From positions 73,798 through 137,797 of the forward strand of contig JAFVTW010000007.1 of NCBI GenBank assembly GCA_017503005.1: 64,000 bases of DNA. Direction: 5' to 3'. The notes below the pieces were generated by a model that searched no databases, had not been told where the DNA came from, and was given only the letters and a program-made list of their open reading frames with translations. The translations under genes were made by a program, and so were the position numbers. Of this stretch, positions 1 to 9,449 are shown in pieces. The stretch's first letter is position 1, and each line of letters opens with the position of its first letter. The stretch is from Clostridia bacterium. GTDB taxonomy: Bacteria > Bacillota > Clostridia > Christensenellales > UBA1242.

Positions 1-1044
1 ATTTGCAGCATCTACAGTACTCATTCCTTCTAGATACTTGCTTTCTGATAAATTAGCACCTGTAGTATTGAAACGATAAGCATTGTGTTTCTCCATGTCA
101 ACTTTGTCATATACTTTTTCGTATAAATCAAAATAAAGTTTGAATGTATTTAATGCTACTTCGTATTCTGTAACATTTGCAATAGCAGCTGTTTTTACAG
201 CCTCATCTTCAGATTCTACTTTATCTAAGAAAGTATCTTTTAGTGAGCTTACATCATTACTAATGAAAGCTACTACAGAATCTAATTTTGTATATAGATT
301 GTTTGAATTACTAAATAGTACAGTAGTATTTGTTGTACCGTTCTTCTCTAGTGCTACTAGATAATCTTTGTATACATAATTTGCAAGTGTTAATACACCA
401 TCCATATATGCTCTTGTTGCATAAGAAGCATCTTTTGCAGTATTTGCTGGATAGAAGTATTTTACATGTAAATCTCTAAAGTAATTGTTTAATTCTAATG
501 TTGTACCGATCATTTCTGTATAGTGAGTATTGAATGCATCGATTGTTGCACCTAATACTTCACCATTAACTGTAAATAGATTTACTTCTCTTTCGAAATC
601 AAGCTTGCTTGTATTGAATGCAGCTAATTGTCTTTCGAAAGCTTTTAATCTATCGTATAGTTCTGAAAGTTCGTCTTTTTCATATTCCATATCGCCGATA
701 CTAGCATAGAATGTGTCTTTAAATTCTGCATAGTAAGAATAAGCCATAGTAAGTGTTCTGTCGTATACAGCACCTAATTGATAATATCTTTTGTCTAAGC
801 CATTACTTCCGGCATTTACAGTATTTGTTTGAACTTTTGTTGTAATAGAAGGAACTGAATATGTAACATCAATACATTTTGATGTTGCATTGAAGTATGT
901 ATTACCACCTTCAACAGCATATTCTGAAATAATTCCAGCATCTAGTGTAGTTAGTTCTTCTACAGATCTTTCTGTTTTGCCACAGCCAGCTAAACCAACA
1001 ACTGCAACTAATGGCAATGCTAATAATGAATAACCTTTTTTCAT
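1..1044 (-). CDS. Secreted lipoprotein (N-terminus MKKGYSLLALPLVAVVGLAGCGK, lipobox LAGC); C-terminal part runs off the window start; Tyr/Asn/Thr-rich hypothetical surface protein
   Basis: Manual reverse-strand translation from ATG at 1044..1042 with RBS GGAGGTAGAG upstream; open to position 1; signal peptide plus Cys lipobox; 18 bp downstream of the 1063..2196 gene on the same strand; not in the ORF track (truncated). Confidence 0.55.
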   Translation of the reverse strand, partial: MKKGYSLLALPLVAVVGLAGCGKTERSVEELTTLDAGIISEYAVEGGNTYFNATSKCIDVTYSVPSITTKVQTNTVNAGSNGLDKRYYQLGAVYDRTLTMAYSYYAEFKDTFYASIGDMEYEKDELSELYDRLKAFERQLAAFNTSKLDFEREVNLFTVNGEVLGATIDAFNTHYTEMIGTTLELNNYFRDLHVKYFYPANTAKDASYATRAYMDGVLTLANYVYKDYLVALEKNGTTNTTVLFSNSNNLYTKLDSVVAFISNDVSSLKDTFLDKVESEDEAVKTAAIANVTEYEVALNTFKLYFDLYEKVYDKVDMEKHNAYRFNTTGANLSESKYLEGMSTVDAAN

Positions 1045-1062
1045 ATCTCTACCTCCTACACC

Positions 1063-2196
1063 TTATACATATAAATCAGCTAATGCTTTTACATATGCAA
1101 AATAATCTTCGTTGTACAATGATTTTGCTGTAGCATCTTCTGTTTTTACTTTTAATTTATCAGCAACTTTTAAGTTGAATACACCATTTGTTCCTGTTAA
1201 ACCATCTGCATAGTTTTTAGCAAGTGTAGCATAATTTGTAATTGCAGATGAATCTGGAACTACAGTTGTAATAACACCAGCACTTACTAAATAATCAGCA
1301 AATTCTACATATGGTTGTGGATCAACTAGATTGCCTTCGCTATCTTTTACTTCTTCACCCAAGTATGCAACAAATGCTTTTGAAGTTAGAGCTTTAGCAG
1401 AATTTAATACTAATTCATATTTAACTGTTTTAGCATCGTATGTAACATTGCCTTCAAATACATATTCTACTACATAATCTCTAATATCAAGTGTTAGAGC
1501 TGTGTAATCTTTAAGAACATTGTAGTAGTCATTAGCCAAGTTTTGATATAAAGCAGCTACTTCACTAACCATTGTGATGTTAGGATTTGTAGGATTTGTA
1601 TCTAAAATAGCATAAACTTCTGCAACATTGTGAGCAAATGAATTGTAACTTTCATTTAATTCTTTTGTTAGATTTTTGATATCTTTAGCATCAGCACTAG
1701 ATACATCTTCAGCTAATTGCACATAAGAATAGTAGTATTTGAATGCTTCGTCTACAGTTACATAGATATCATCAAAGCTAGCGAATTTGTTTAAGTCACC
1801 AGCCGTGAAGCTAGCATCAGCAACACCTGCAACATCTTTAAATGGAGTTTCATCTAAACTATTAGTGTTAGTAACACCATTTTCGAAACCAAACATATAT
1901 CCTCTTAGGTATGCAATTTTCCCATAGTATACACTATGAGCATGATCAAGCCCTATATCGTTAAGAGAATACACATCATCAGTACCATCATTTTTCAAAG
2001 AGTCACTAATTTTTGTATTAGTTCTAATTTTATTATTAGCCTTTGTAAATTCAGCTTGTCTATCATTTTGAACTTCGGTCAACAAGTTAAAAGCTTCCAT
2101 TTCTCTAGAAGGTTTGAACCAAATCAACCAAACACCCAAAATGGTGGCAGCCAAAATAACAATAGTAACTAAAAATCTTAATAGTATTTTGTTCAT
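1063..2196 (-). CDS. N-terminally membrane-anchored (signal-anchor) hypothetical extracellular protein, 377 aa, compositionally similar to the downstream lipoprotein
   Basis: ORF track; N-terminal hydrophobic helix ILLRFLVTIVILAATILGVWLIWF; RBS AAGGGGGATT before ATG; Tyr/Asn/Asp-rich like neighbour. Confidence 0.6.
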   Translation of the reverse strand: MNKILLRFLVTIVILAATILGVWLIWFKPSREMEAFNLLTEVQNDRQAEFTKANNKIRTNTKISDSLKNDGTDDVYSLNDIGLDHAHSVYYGKIAYLRGYMFGFENGVTNTNSLDETPFKDVAGVADASFTAGDLNKFASFDDIYVTVDEAFKYYYSYVQLAEDVSSADAKDIKNLTKELNESYNSFAHNVAEVYAILDTNPTNPNITMVSEVAALYQNLANDYYNVLKDYTALTLDIRDYVVEYVFEGNVTYDAKTVKYELVLNSAKALTSKAFVAYLGEEVKDSEGNLVDPQPYVEFADYLVSAGVITTVVPDSSAITNYATLAKNYADGLTGTNGVFNLKVADKLKVKTEDATAKSLYNEDYFAYVKALADLYV

Positions 2197-2294
2197 TATT
2201 TTTAATCCCCCTTATTAGGCAAAAATATATATTAATAATATACCTACTTAAATAATATAACATTTTTAAATGAAGTGTCAATACATATTTGAAA

Positions 2295-3027
2295 TTACTT
2301 GTAATTTACTTTCAACAAAACTAGACCTACTGCAGCAGCTGTTTTGCCCCCAAATTTCCTGTCTTTATGGTCAACAATATCCATAAAAGACTCTTTAATT
2401 TTACCTCTGGCAATATCAAAAGCTGTACCCATAATTACTCTTATCATATTTTTTAGAAATCCATTACCCGTAAAAGTAACAGTATACACATCGCCATTTT
2501 GAGTAAACGACACATCATAGATAGTTCTTACTTTAGTAACAGTTTGAGTATCGACAGAGCTTAGTGATGTAAAATCATGTGTTCCAACCAAACTTTTTAA
2601 TTCTTTTTCCATCTTAACCATATCTAATTTGTACCCTACACGAGTGGCAAATTTGTCCAGGTATGGTTTATTAATTCTAGACAGATAAAAATTGTATGCA
2701 TAAGTTTTTTCTTTCGCACTAAATCTAGCATTGAAATCATCATCTACATATTCCACACTAAGCACTCTTATATCATCAGGCAAAATAGTATTTAGATACC
2801 CTTGCAGACTATATTCTTTGAATTTAGTTTCTGCAAAGAAATTGACTGTTTGACCCAAAGCACTTACCCCTGTATCCGTCCTACCACTAGCTACAGTTTT
2901 GATTTCTGTTTTGAAAATTTCTTTCAAAGCTAACTCTAGTTCACCTTGTACAGTTTTTTGGTTTGGTTGAATTTGCCAACCATTATAATTTGCACCATCA
3001 TAACAAATTGTAAGTAAATAATTCAAA
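2295..3027 (-). CDS. truA: tRNA pseudouridine(38-40) synthase TruA
   Basis: N-terminal ...LTICYDGANYNGWQIQPN matches TruA family start (B. subtilis MRLKCTISYDGHLFYGYQVQPG) and GRTDTGVSA catalytic Asp motif. Track ORF begins at GTG 3041, but AAGGAG lies inside it 6 nt before a TTG at 3027, giving the canonical M-NYLLTICYDG start. Confidence 0.85.
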
Positions 3028-3090
3028 ATGTACTCCTTCACTTTTTTGATTATTTATATTGTACAACATTATGAATATATTTGCTATGAT

Positions 3091-3119
3091 TTGACTAAAA
3101 TTTTAAATAGTAATATACT
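3091..3119 (+). promoter_or_regulatory. Sigma-A type promoter for nifJ/por: -35 TTGACT (3091-3096), 17-nt spacer, -10 TATACT (3114-3119)
   Basis: Read directly from sequence; ~65 nt upstream of ATG 3184 with RBS GGAGGAA. Confidence 0.5.
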
Positions 3120-3183
3120 AAAAAATGAGCATTAATGTTTAAATTATTAAACTTTAATCTAAATTATTTTTCGGAGGAACTTA

Positions 3184-6100
3184 ATGAGCAAAATAACAGT
3201 TGACGGCAATACAGCCACAACACTTGTTGCATATCACTTAAGTGAAGCTGCAACAATTTACCCTATTACTCCTTCTAGTACTATGGCAGAACTTGCCGAC
3301 AGTATGGCAAACGACGGAGTAAAAAACATTTTTGGTAACACTGTTAAAGTTGTTGAAATGCAATCCGAAGGTGGAGCTGCTGGTGCACTACATGGTTCAC
3401 TTAGTGCAGGTGCTCTAACTACAACCTTCACTGCAAGTCAAGGCTTACTATTGATGATTCCAAACATGTACAAAATTTCTGGAGAACTATTACCTTGTGT
3501 AATGCATGTAAGTGCTAGAGCATTAGCTACACATGCACTTTCAATTTTTGGAGACCACTCAGATGTAATGGCTTGTAGACAAACAGGATTTGCAATGCTA
3601 GCATCAGGTTCGGTTCAAGAAGCACATGATATGGCACTAGTTGCACATCTATCTACACTTCACTCCTCCGTACCTTTCCTACATTTCTTTGACGGATTTA
3701 GAACTAGTCACGAAATCAATACAATCGAACAAATTGATCTTGAAAAAATCAAATCAATTTACCCATTCGACAAAGTTGCCGCATTCAAAAAAAGAGCACT
3801 TAATTCTACAAATCCTCATCAACAAGGTACAGCACAAAACCCAGATATCTTCTTCCAAAATAGAGAAGCATGCAATACTCACTACAACAATGTTCCAAAA
3901 ATTGTTTCAAATGTAATGAAACAAGTAGAAGAACTTACTGGCAGAAAGTATGCACTTTTTGACTATTGTGGAGCAGAAGATGCAACCGATGTTATTGTAC
4001 TAATGGGAAGTGGTTCTAGCACAGCTGAAACTACTGTAAACTATCTAAACAAAGAATTCGGTACAAAGTTTGGTGTACTTAAAGTAAGACTATATCGTCC
4101 ATTCGACACAGAAGCTATGGTAAATGCCCTACCTAAGACAGTACAAAGAATAGCTGTATTAGATAGAACAAAAGAACCTGGATCTATCGGTGAACCATTG
4201 TACTTAGATGTAGTTACAGCAATCAACGAGGCTAGCAAAAACATAAAAGTAATCGGTGGCAGATATGGATTAGGTAGTAAAGAATTTACTCCAAGTATGG
4301 TAAATGCTGTATTCGAAAACCTAACAAGTAAACAACCAAAAAATCACTTCACTATAGGTATAGAAGATGATGTTACAAATACAAGTTTGGCAGTTACAAA
4401 AGTAATTCACCCAAGTACACACTCTGTAACTTCTTGCAAATTCTATGGTTATGGTGGTGATGGTACAGTATCTGCAAACAAAAGCAGTATCAAAATTATC
4501 GGTAACAAAACTGGACTTAATGGTCAAGCATATTTTGAATACGACTCTAAAAAGAGTGGTAATGCTACAATATCGCACCTAAGATTTGGTAAAGATAAAA
4601 TTGATGAAAGCTACCTACTAGACAATATTGATTTTGTAGCAGTACACAATCAAACATACATTACAAAATACAATATTCTAAAAGGTGTAAAAGAAAATGG
4701 TACATTATTACTAAATACAAACTACACTCTAGAAGAATTAGAGACCATGATGCCTAGCAACCTAAAAAGAGAACTTGCTACAAAGAATATTAAATTCTAC
4801 ACAGTAGATGCTTATTCTGTAGCTAAAGAATTAGGTCTAGGAAACAAAATTAACTTGATTATGCAAAGTGCATTCTTCAAGTTAATCAACATCTTACCTT
4901 TCGATGTAGCAAAAGATGAAATGAAAAAGATGGCAGAAAAGAGCTACGGTAGCAAGGGTGAAAAGATACTAAAAGCTAACTTCGATGCAATCGAAAGTGC
5001 TGAAAGTAAACTTACCCAAATCAACTACCCTGACAGCTGGAAAACTGCAGAACACAATTGTGCTAGCTGCACAAATACTGATTGTACAAAATACTTCAAA
5101 GAATTTGTAGAACCTATTCAATCATTAAACGGTGACACACTACCAGTAAGTGCATTCGAACCTACCGGCTGTGTACCTACAGGAACTACTCAATACGAAA
5201 AGAGAGGTATTGCTACACAATTACCTTGCTGGAATAGTGAAAAATGTATTCAATGTAATATGTGTGCATTTGTTTGTCCACATGCTGCAATTAGACCACA
5301 TCTAATTGAAGAAAAAGAACTAAACGATACTCCAGATACCCTTCAAACATTGAATGCCACAGCAGAACCTGGCAAAAAATTTGTGATGCAACTTAGTGCC
5401 CTAGACTGTACTGGTTGCGGTGTATGTGCAAGTGTATGCCCTGCTAAAGAAAAAGCATTGACAATGGTAGATGCAGAAGAAATTCTAGAACAAGAAACAC
5501 AAAACTATAATTATGTACAAGGCAAAACAAAAGCAAAGAGTAATCTATTTAAAAACAACACTGTAAAAGGTGTAGGATTTGAAAAACCATACTTTGAATT
5601 TAGTGGTGCTTGTGCTGGTTGTGGTGAAACACCTTATATCAAAGTAATTTCTCAACTATTCGGTGACCATATGGTAGTAGCAAATGCTACTGGTTGTTCA
5701 AGTATATATGGTGGTAGTGCTCCTACCTGCCCTTATACTTTCGATGAGAAAGGTGGTCCAGCTTGGGCAAATAGCTTATTTGAAGACAATGCAGAATTTG
5801 GTTATGGTATTAAATTAGGTTTAAAAGTAAAACAAGATAGACTAAAAGAACTACTAAATACTGCCCTAGAATACAATTTTGATGAAACAGTAAAAGAAAA
5901 TATCAAACAATATCTAGCAACAACTGAAGCTGACAAACAAAGAGAATATCGCACTTCAATAATTGAAGGATTGACAGCTCAACAAAAAGTAAACAAGGAA
6001 CTAGTTGAAGAAGTTGTTAACCTACAAGATGCATTTATTAACCATAGCTTGTGGATAATAGGTGGCGATGGTTGGGCTTATGATATAGGATATGGTGGAT

Positions 6101-6687
6101 TAGACCATGTACTAGCTAGCGGCGAAAATGTAAATATTTTGGTACTAGACACAGAAGTTTACTCAAATACTGGTGGTCAAGCTAGTAAGAGTACCCCTAC
6201 TGGTGCTGTAGCAAAATTTGCTGCTGGTGGAAAACATAGACCTAAAAAAGACCTAGGATTAATAGCTAGTATGTACAAAGATGTATATGTAGCCAAAGTA
6301 AGTATGGGAGCTGATATGAATCACTTCTTAAAATCAGTAAGGGAAGCTGAAGCATACAATGGTGTGAGCTTAATCATAGCTTATGCCCCATGTATCAACC
6401 ATGGTATCAATATGTCAAATAGCCAACTAGAAGAAAAGAAAGCCGTAGAATGTGGATACTGGACATTGTGGAGATACAATCCAGAACTACTAAAAGAAGG
6501 CAAAAATCCATATATTCTAGATAGTGGCAACCCTACAAAAGACTATATGGAATTCTTAAATGGCGAATCTAGATACTTCTCTCTAATGAAGAAAGCTCCA
6601 GAAAAAGCAACTGAATTGTTTGAAAAAGCAAAACAAGATGCTGAAGGCCGCAGAGAAACTATCAAAAAATTAAGCGAAGAAAAATAA
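3184..6687 (+). CDS. nifJ: Pyruvate:ferredoxin (flavodoxin) oxidoreductase, single-polypeptide PFOR (1167 aa)
   Basis: Length and domain order typical of NifJ/PorA. Two 4Fe-4S ferredoxin motifs CIQCNMCAFVCP and CTGCGVCASVCP; TPP-binding GDGW..D motif (IIGGDGWAYDIGYGGLDH); C-terminal CAGCGETPY. Confidence 0.92.
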   Translation: MSKITVDGNTATTLVAYHLSEAATIYPITPSSTMAELADSMANDGVKNIFGNTVKVVEMQSEGGAAGALHGSLSAGALTTTFTASQGLLLMIPNMYKISGELLPCVMHVSARALATHALSIFGDHSDVMACRQTGFAMLASGSVQEAHDMALVAHLSTLHSSVPFLHFFDGFRTSHEINTIEQIDLEKIKSIYPFDKVAAFKKRALNSTNPHQQGTAQNPDIFFQNREACNTHYNNVPKIVSNVMKQVEELTGRKYALFDYCGAEDATDVIVLMGSGSSTAETTVNYLNKEFGTKFGVLKVRLYRPFDTEAMVNALPKTVQRIAVLDRTKEPGSIGEPLYLDVVTAINEASKNIKVIGGRYGLGSKEFTPSMVNAVFENLTSKQPKNHFTIGIEDDVTNTSLAVTKVIHPSTHSVTSCKFYGYGGDGTVSANKSSIKIIGNKTGLNGQAYFEYDSKKSGNATISHLRFGKDKIDESYLLDNIDFVAVHNQTYITKYNILKGVKENGTLLLNTNYTLEELETMMPSNLKRELATKNIKFYTVDAYSVAKELGLGNKINLIMQSAFFKLINILPFDVAKDEMKKMAEKSYGSKGEKILKANFDAIESAESKLTQINYPDSWKTAEHNCASCTNTDCTKYFKEFVEPIQSLNGDTLPVSAFEPTGCVPTGTTQYEKRGIATQLPCWNSEKCIQCNMCAFVCPHAAIRPHLIEEKELNDTPDTLQTLNATAEPGKKFVMQLSALDCTGCGVCASVCPAKEKALTMVDAEEILEQETQNYNYVQGKTKAKSNLFKNNTVKGVGFEKPYFEFSGACAGCGETPYIKVISQLFGDHMVVANATGCSSIYGGSAPTCPYTFDEKGGPAWANSLFEDNAEFGYGIKLGLKVKQDRLKELLNTALEYNFDETVKENIKQYLATTEADKQREYRTSIIEGLTAQQKVNKELVEEVVNLQDAFINHSLWIIGGDGWAYDIGYGGLDHVLASGENVNILVLDTEVYSNTGGQASKSTPTGAVAKFAAGGKHRPKKDLGLIASMYKDVYVAKVSMGADMNHFLKSVREAEAYNGVSLIIAYAPCINHGINMSNSQLEEKKAVECGYWTLWRYNPELLKEGKNPYILDSGNPTKDYMEFLNGESRYFSLMKKAPEKATELFEKAKQDAEGRRETIKKLSEEK

Positions 6688-6699
6688 TTTAATAAACAA

Positions 6700-6734
6700 T
6701 AAAAAAGAACACTAGAAATTAGTGTTCTTTTTTA
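6700..6734. terminator. Bidirectional rho-independent terminator (stem agaacact/agtgttct, loop agaaatt, A-tract left, T-tract right) between convergent nifJ and 6732..7874 gene
   Basis: Perfect 8-bp inverted repeat 6706-6713/6721-6728 flanked by A6 and T6. Confidence 0.7.
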
Positions 6735-7874
6735 TTTATAAATTAACACACATGGGTCATTATTGTTTGAAAACAAATCATAATACAACTTATAACAACC
6801 CGTTTCTTTTTGAATATTTTTAAATGAAATAGTTATTATATTTTTTGATCCTGAAGAAATTTGTATATCATCTTTACCGACAGCCAACAAATACTCTTCA
6901 CCATTAGGAGATATTAAATAAAAAGTCTCAATTTTTAGAATCATTAGAGCTGCAGAGTTGTTTTCAACTTCAATAACAATATCCATATAATAATCAGTAT
7001 AATCACCTAAAGAACTTTGCTTCTTTTCAACAATAGATGCTCTTTTAACCATATAAGATATATTATCATAAGTGTACACCTCACCAACCTCAACCACCAC
7101 TGCTTCACTTTCTTTGTAATTGTTAATAATAGTATTAATTAATAAAAACAATAAATAACCTACAATAATTCCAAGAATAATAACTCCTAAAAGAATAATA
7201 TAATTTGGCCTCTCCCTTTTCACATTTTCTTTTGGGGGAACTAGTACAGTTTTTGAAACAACAACTTTATCATTTGTATCATTTATATTGGTTGTTATCT
7301 GTTTATTTAACTTTTCAACCAATTTATATGCCTTATTTAAACCAAATTGTCTCCATTCATTCAAAAAAGAAATAACAGTTTTAGAACATTTTGAATACTG
7401 CTGCTTTGTACCAAAAATAAAAGAATCAATGGAAACAACCAATTCTTTAAATAAAAACTCTGCTTTTTCCAAATTTGTTTCACTATTTATCTTGTCCAAA
7501 TATTCATTGATCTCATCAATTTTAAAAGAAGTTAAATACTTGCCCTCAATACAAATTGCCTCATTGATAAATTTATTGGCTTCTTCGTTTTTAGAATTTA
7601 TATCAAGAACTTTATTTGCATAAGATAATGCATTTTTTAAATCACCATTTTGTTTAAATTGCATTGCTCTTCCTAACAAATTATCTTCACTAGGACCATT
7701 TACAATGTTAGCACTTTCTATCTTTATTTCATTTTTAACATTATTTATTATAGTATTATTAATATCTTCTAAAATGTGTTTGGTACCACAATGCGAACAA
7801 AATCCAATTTTTTGTTTTTCATCAAATTCCAAATCGGCACCACAATTAGAACAATTTAAATTTATTAATCCCAC
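6732..7874 (-). CDS. Membrane protein: N-terminal double CxxC zinc ribbon, TPR-like cytoplasmic region, single TM helix, C-terminal extracellular beta-rich domain (DUF4352-like architecture)
   Basis: ORF track; CSNCGADL...CSHCGTKH; TM YIILLGVIILGIIVGYLLFLLINTII; domain family assignment is by architecture only. Confidence 0.55.
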   Translation of the reverse strand: MGLINLNCSNCGADLEFDEKQKIGFCSHCGTKHILEDINNTIINNVKNEIKIESANIVNGPSEDNLLGRAMQFKQNGDLKNALSYANKVLDINSKNEEANKFINEAICIEGKYLTSFKIDEINEYLDKINSETNLEKAEFLFKELVVSIDSFIFGTKQQYSKCSKTVISFLNEWRQFGLNKAYKLVEKLNKQITTNINDTNDKVVVSKTVLVPPKENVKRERPNYIILLGVIILGIIVGYLLFLLINTIINNYKESEAVVVEVGEVYTYDNISYMVKRASIVEKKQSSLGDYTDYYMDIVIEVENNSAALMILKIETFYLISPNGEEYLLAVGKDDIQISSGSKNIITISFKNIQKETGCYKLYYDLFSNNNDPCVLIYK

Positions 7875-8055
7875 CCTGACTTCCTTTTGACAATAATATC
7901 AATTATTAAACACATTGTAACAATTAAACAACTTTTTGTAAAGTTTAACATTAAAAATATAAAAGATATATTGATTGATTTAAACACAACTTTTAATTAT
8001 CTACACTATCATTTTGGTTAAAATACACAAAGTGAAAATAGGTCTTTTATGGTGT

Positions 8056-8084
8056 TTGACTATTAGTAAATTAAACGATAAACT
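8056..8084 (+). promoter_or_regulatory. Candidate sigma-A promoter: -35 TTGACT (8056-8061), 17-nt spacer, -10 TAAACT (8079-8084) upstream of 8122 gene
   Basis: Sequence inspection; RBS CAGGGGGAAAA precedes ATG 8122. Confidence 0.4.
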
Positions 8085-8121
8085 TTGAAAGATAAAACAA
8101 ATATCAGGGGGAAAATCACAA

Positions 8122-9297
8122 ATGAAAATCACTGTAATTGCATCTACAAAACCAAACTATGTAGCAACAAAGGAAGAACTAGAAAACTTTAGTGGTCATG
8201 CAGCTGGAGTATGCTATATGCCCGACACCTTTGAAACTCTAATGAACGAACCAAAGGAAAAAACAGACAGAAGAATAATACAAACAAAGAGTGGTGGACA
8301 CCATAGTGTATACGACCACGAAAATATTAGTTTTCAACTAGAAGGTGTACCAAAATTGCTGGCTATGCTACTAAATAATGAAAAAATGTACACTACCAGT
8401 GAAAAATCTGCTAGATACACCAAAATGGAATTATCAGAAAAGGAACAAACTCTTTTCAATAAGTGGTTAGAAGTATTTAAAAACAAAATAAAAGACCTAT
8501 ATCAAGCCAAATATCCAAACTTTTTTACAGACAAAAGAATTGAAAAACTAGCTCTAGAAAATGCTAGATATCTAAATTCTATATTCACACCTACTTTCCT
8601 TGTATATACTTGCTCTTATAGACAATTAAACATTTTATATAGTTTCTTGCAAAAAGAAATCAATAGAGAAAATAAAAATATATTAATGGAAAGACTAACT
8701 CCTTATATGCAAGAATTTTGTGATTTAATCAAACAAAACACTCCTTACTTTGACGAATACTTGGCTAGAAACGAAAAACAAAGAGGATTTAGTTTGTTTA
8801 ATCAAACCAGATATGTAGTAGAAGAACATTATGGCGATACATACTCTACAACATACTTAGCAACTACCCCTAACATTGCTCAAGCTATGAGACATAGAAC
8901 TCTAAACTATACTGTAAATATTCCTGAAAAGTATGAGTATTATGTGCCTATTATACTAAGAGATGATGAAAATCTAACCAAAGAATGGCTTGCTGACATT
9001 GACTCTCTAAAAGACAACTTCCCACAAGGTATTTTACTTGAAGTAAACGAAATGGGAACACTTGACAATTTCATACTTAAACTAAAAGAAAGAAAGTGCA
9101 CTTTTGCACAATTAGAAATTGAAAGAACTAGTACAGAAGTGTTGACAAAGTATGTTGAAGGGTTAAAAGCAGCAAATCATCCTAGATATAATGAGCTAAA
9201 AGCATACAATTGTGGTTCTAGATGTACATTCCCTGACTACACCTGTCCATGCCCTTGTGGAATAATTGAAGGAATAAAAGGAACTAGAAAATTTTAA
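8122..9297 (+). CDS. ThyX-fold protein (flavin-dependent thymidylate synthase family homolog), divergent, 391 aa with Cys-rich C-terminus
   Basis: KSGGHHSVYDHENISF...TSEKSARYTK aligns with T. maritima ThyX KHGHETPFEHIVFTF...SYNELSGRYSK, but the RHR preceding it is replaced by NEK. A later AMRHRTLNY is present; C-terminal CGSRCTFPDYTCPCPCG. Confidence 0.5.
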   Translation: MKITVIASTKPNYVATKEELENFSGHAAGVCYMPDTFETLMNEPKEKTDRRIIQTKSGGHHSVYDHENISFQLEGVPKLLAMLLNNEKMYTTSEKSARYTKMELSEKEQTLFNKWLEVFKNKIKDLYQAKYPNFFTDKRIEKLALENARYLNSIFTPTFLVYTCSYRQLNILYSFLQKEINRENKNILMERLTPYMQEFCDLIKQNTPYFDEYLARNEKQRGFSLFNQTRYVVEEHYGDTYSTTYLATTPNIAQAMRHRTLNYTVNIPEKYEYYVPIILRDDENLTKEWLADIDSLKDNFPQGILLEVNEMGTLDNFILKLKERKCTFAQLEIERTSTEVLTKYVEGLKAANHPRYNELKAYNCGSRCTFPDYTCPCPCGIIEGIKGTRKF

Positions 9298-9302
9298 CAA
9301 AA

Positions 9303-9328
9303 AAAAGGCAAGAAAATTCTTGTCTTTT
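9303..9328 (+). terminator. Weak rho-independent terminator after 8122..9297 (imperfect stem aggcaag/cttgtct followed by T5)
   Basis: A8 tract, short AT-rich imperfect hairpin, T-run. Confidence 0.4.
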
Positions 9329-9449
9329 TGTATATTAAATCAATATTTACACACATTAATATTAGTAAAGGTTGTATGATAAGAATTTGGTCTAATCAGC
9401 ACATCTTTACTTATGATATTGAGAAAGTTTGATAACGGTACTTTGGTTA

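Noticed and set aside
140-364. Antisense or other-frame ORFs inside larger, well-supported genes (140..364+, 1936..2172+, 3641..3916+, 4041..4244-, 4321..4578-, 7288..7890+, 9891..10290+, 10565..10831+, 11503..11901+, 15025..15315+, 17285..17506-, 20229..20417+, 22467..22727+, 25367..25901+, 27333..27572+, and the many 60-130-aa ORFs opposite or out of frame within ribosomal genes, addA, addB and the coiled-coil gene)
   Set aside because: Each lies wholly within a longer ORF that has a recognisable conserved product or a strong signal peptide/RBS. They have no RBS of their own and show the low-complexity hydrophobic composition typical of AT-rich antisense frames.
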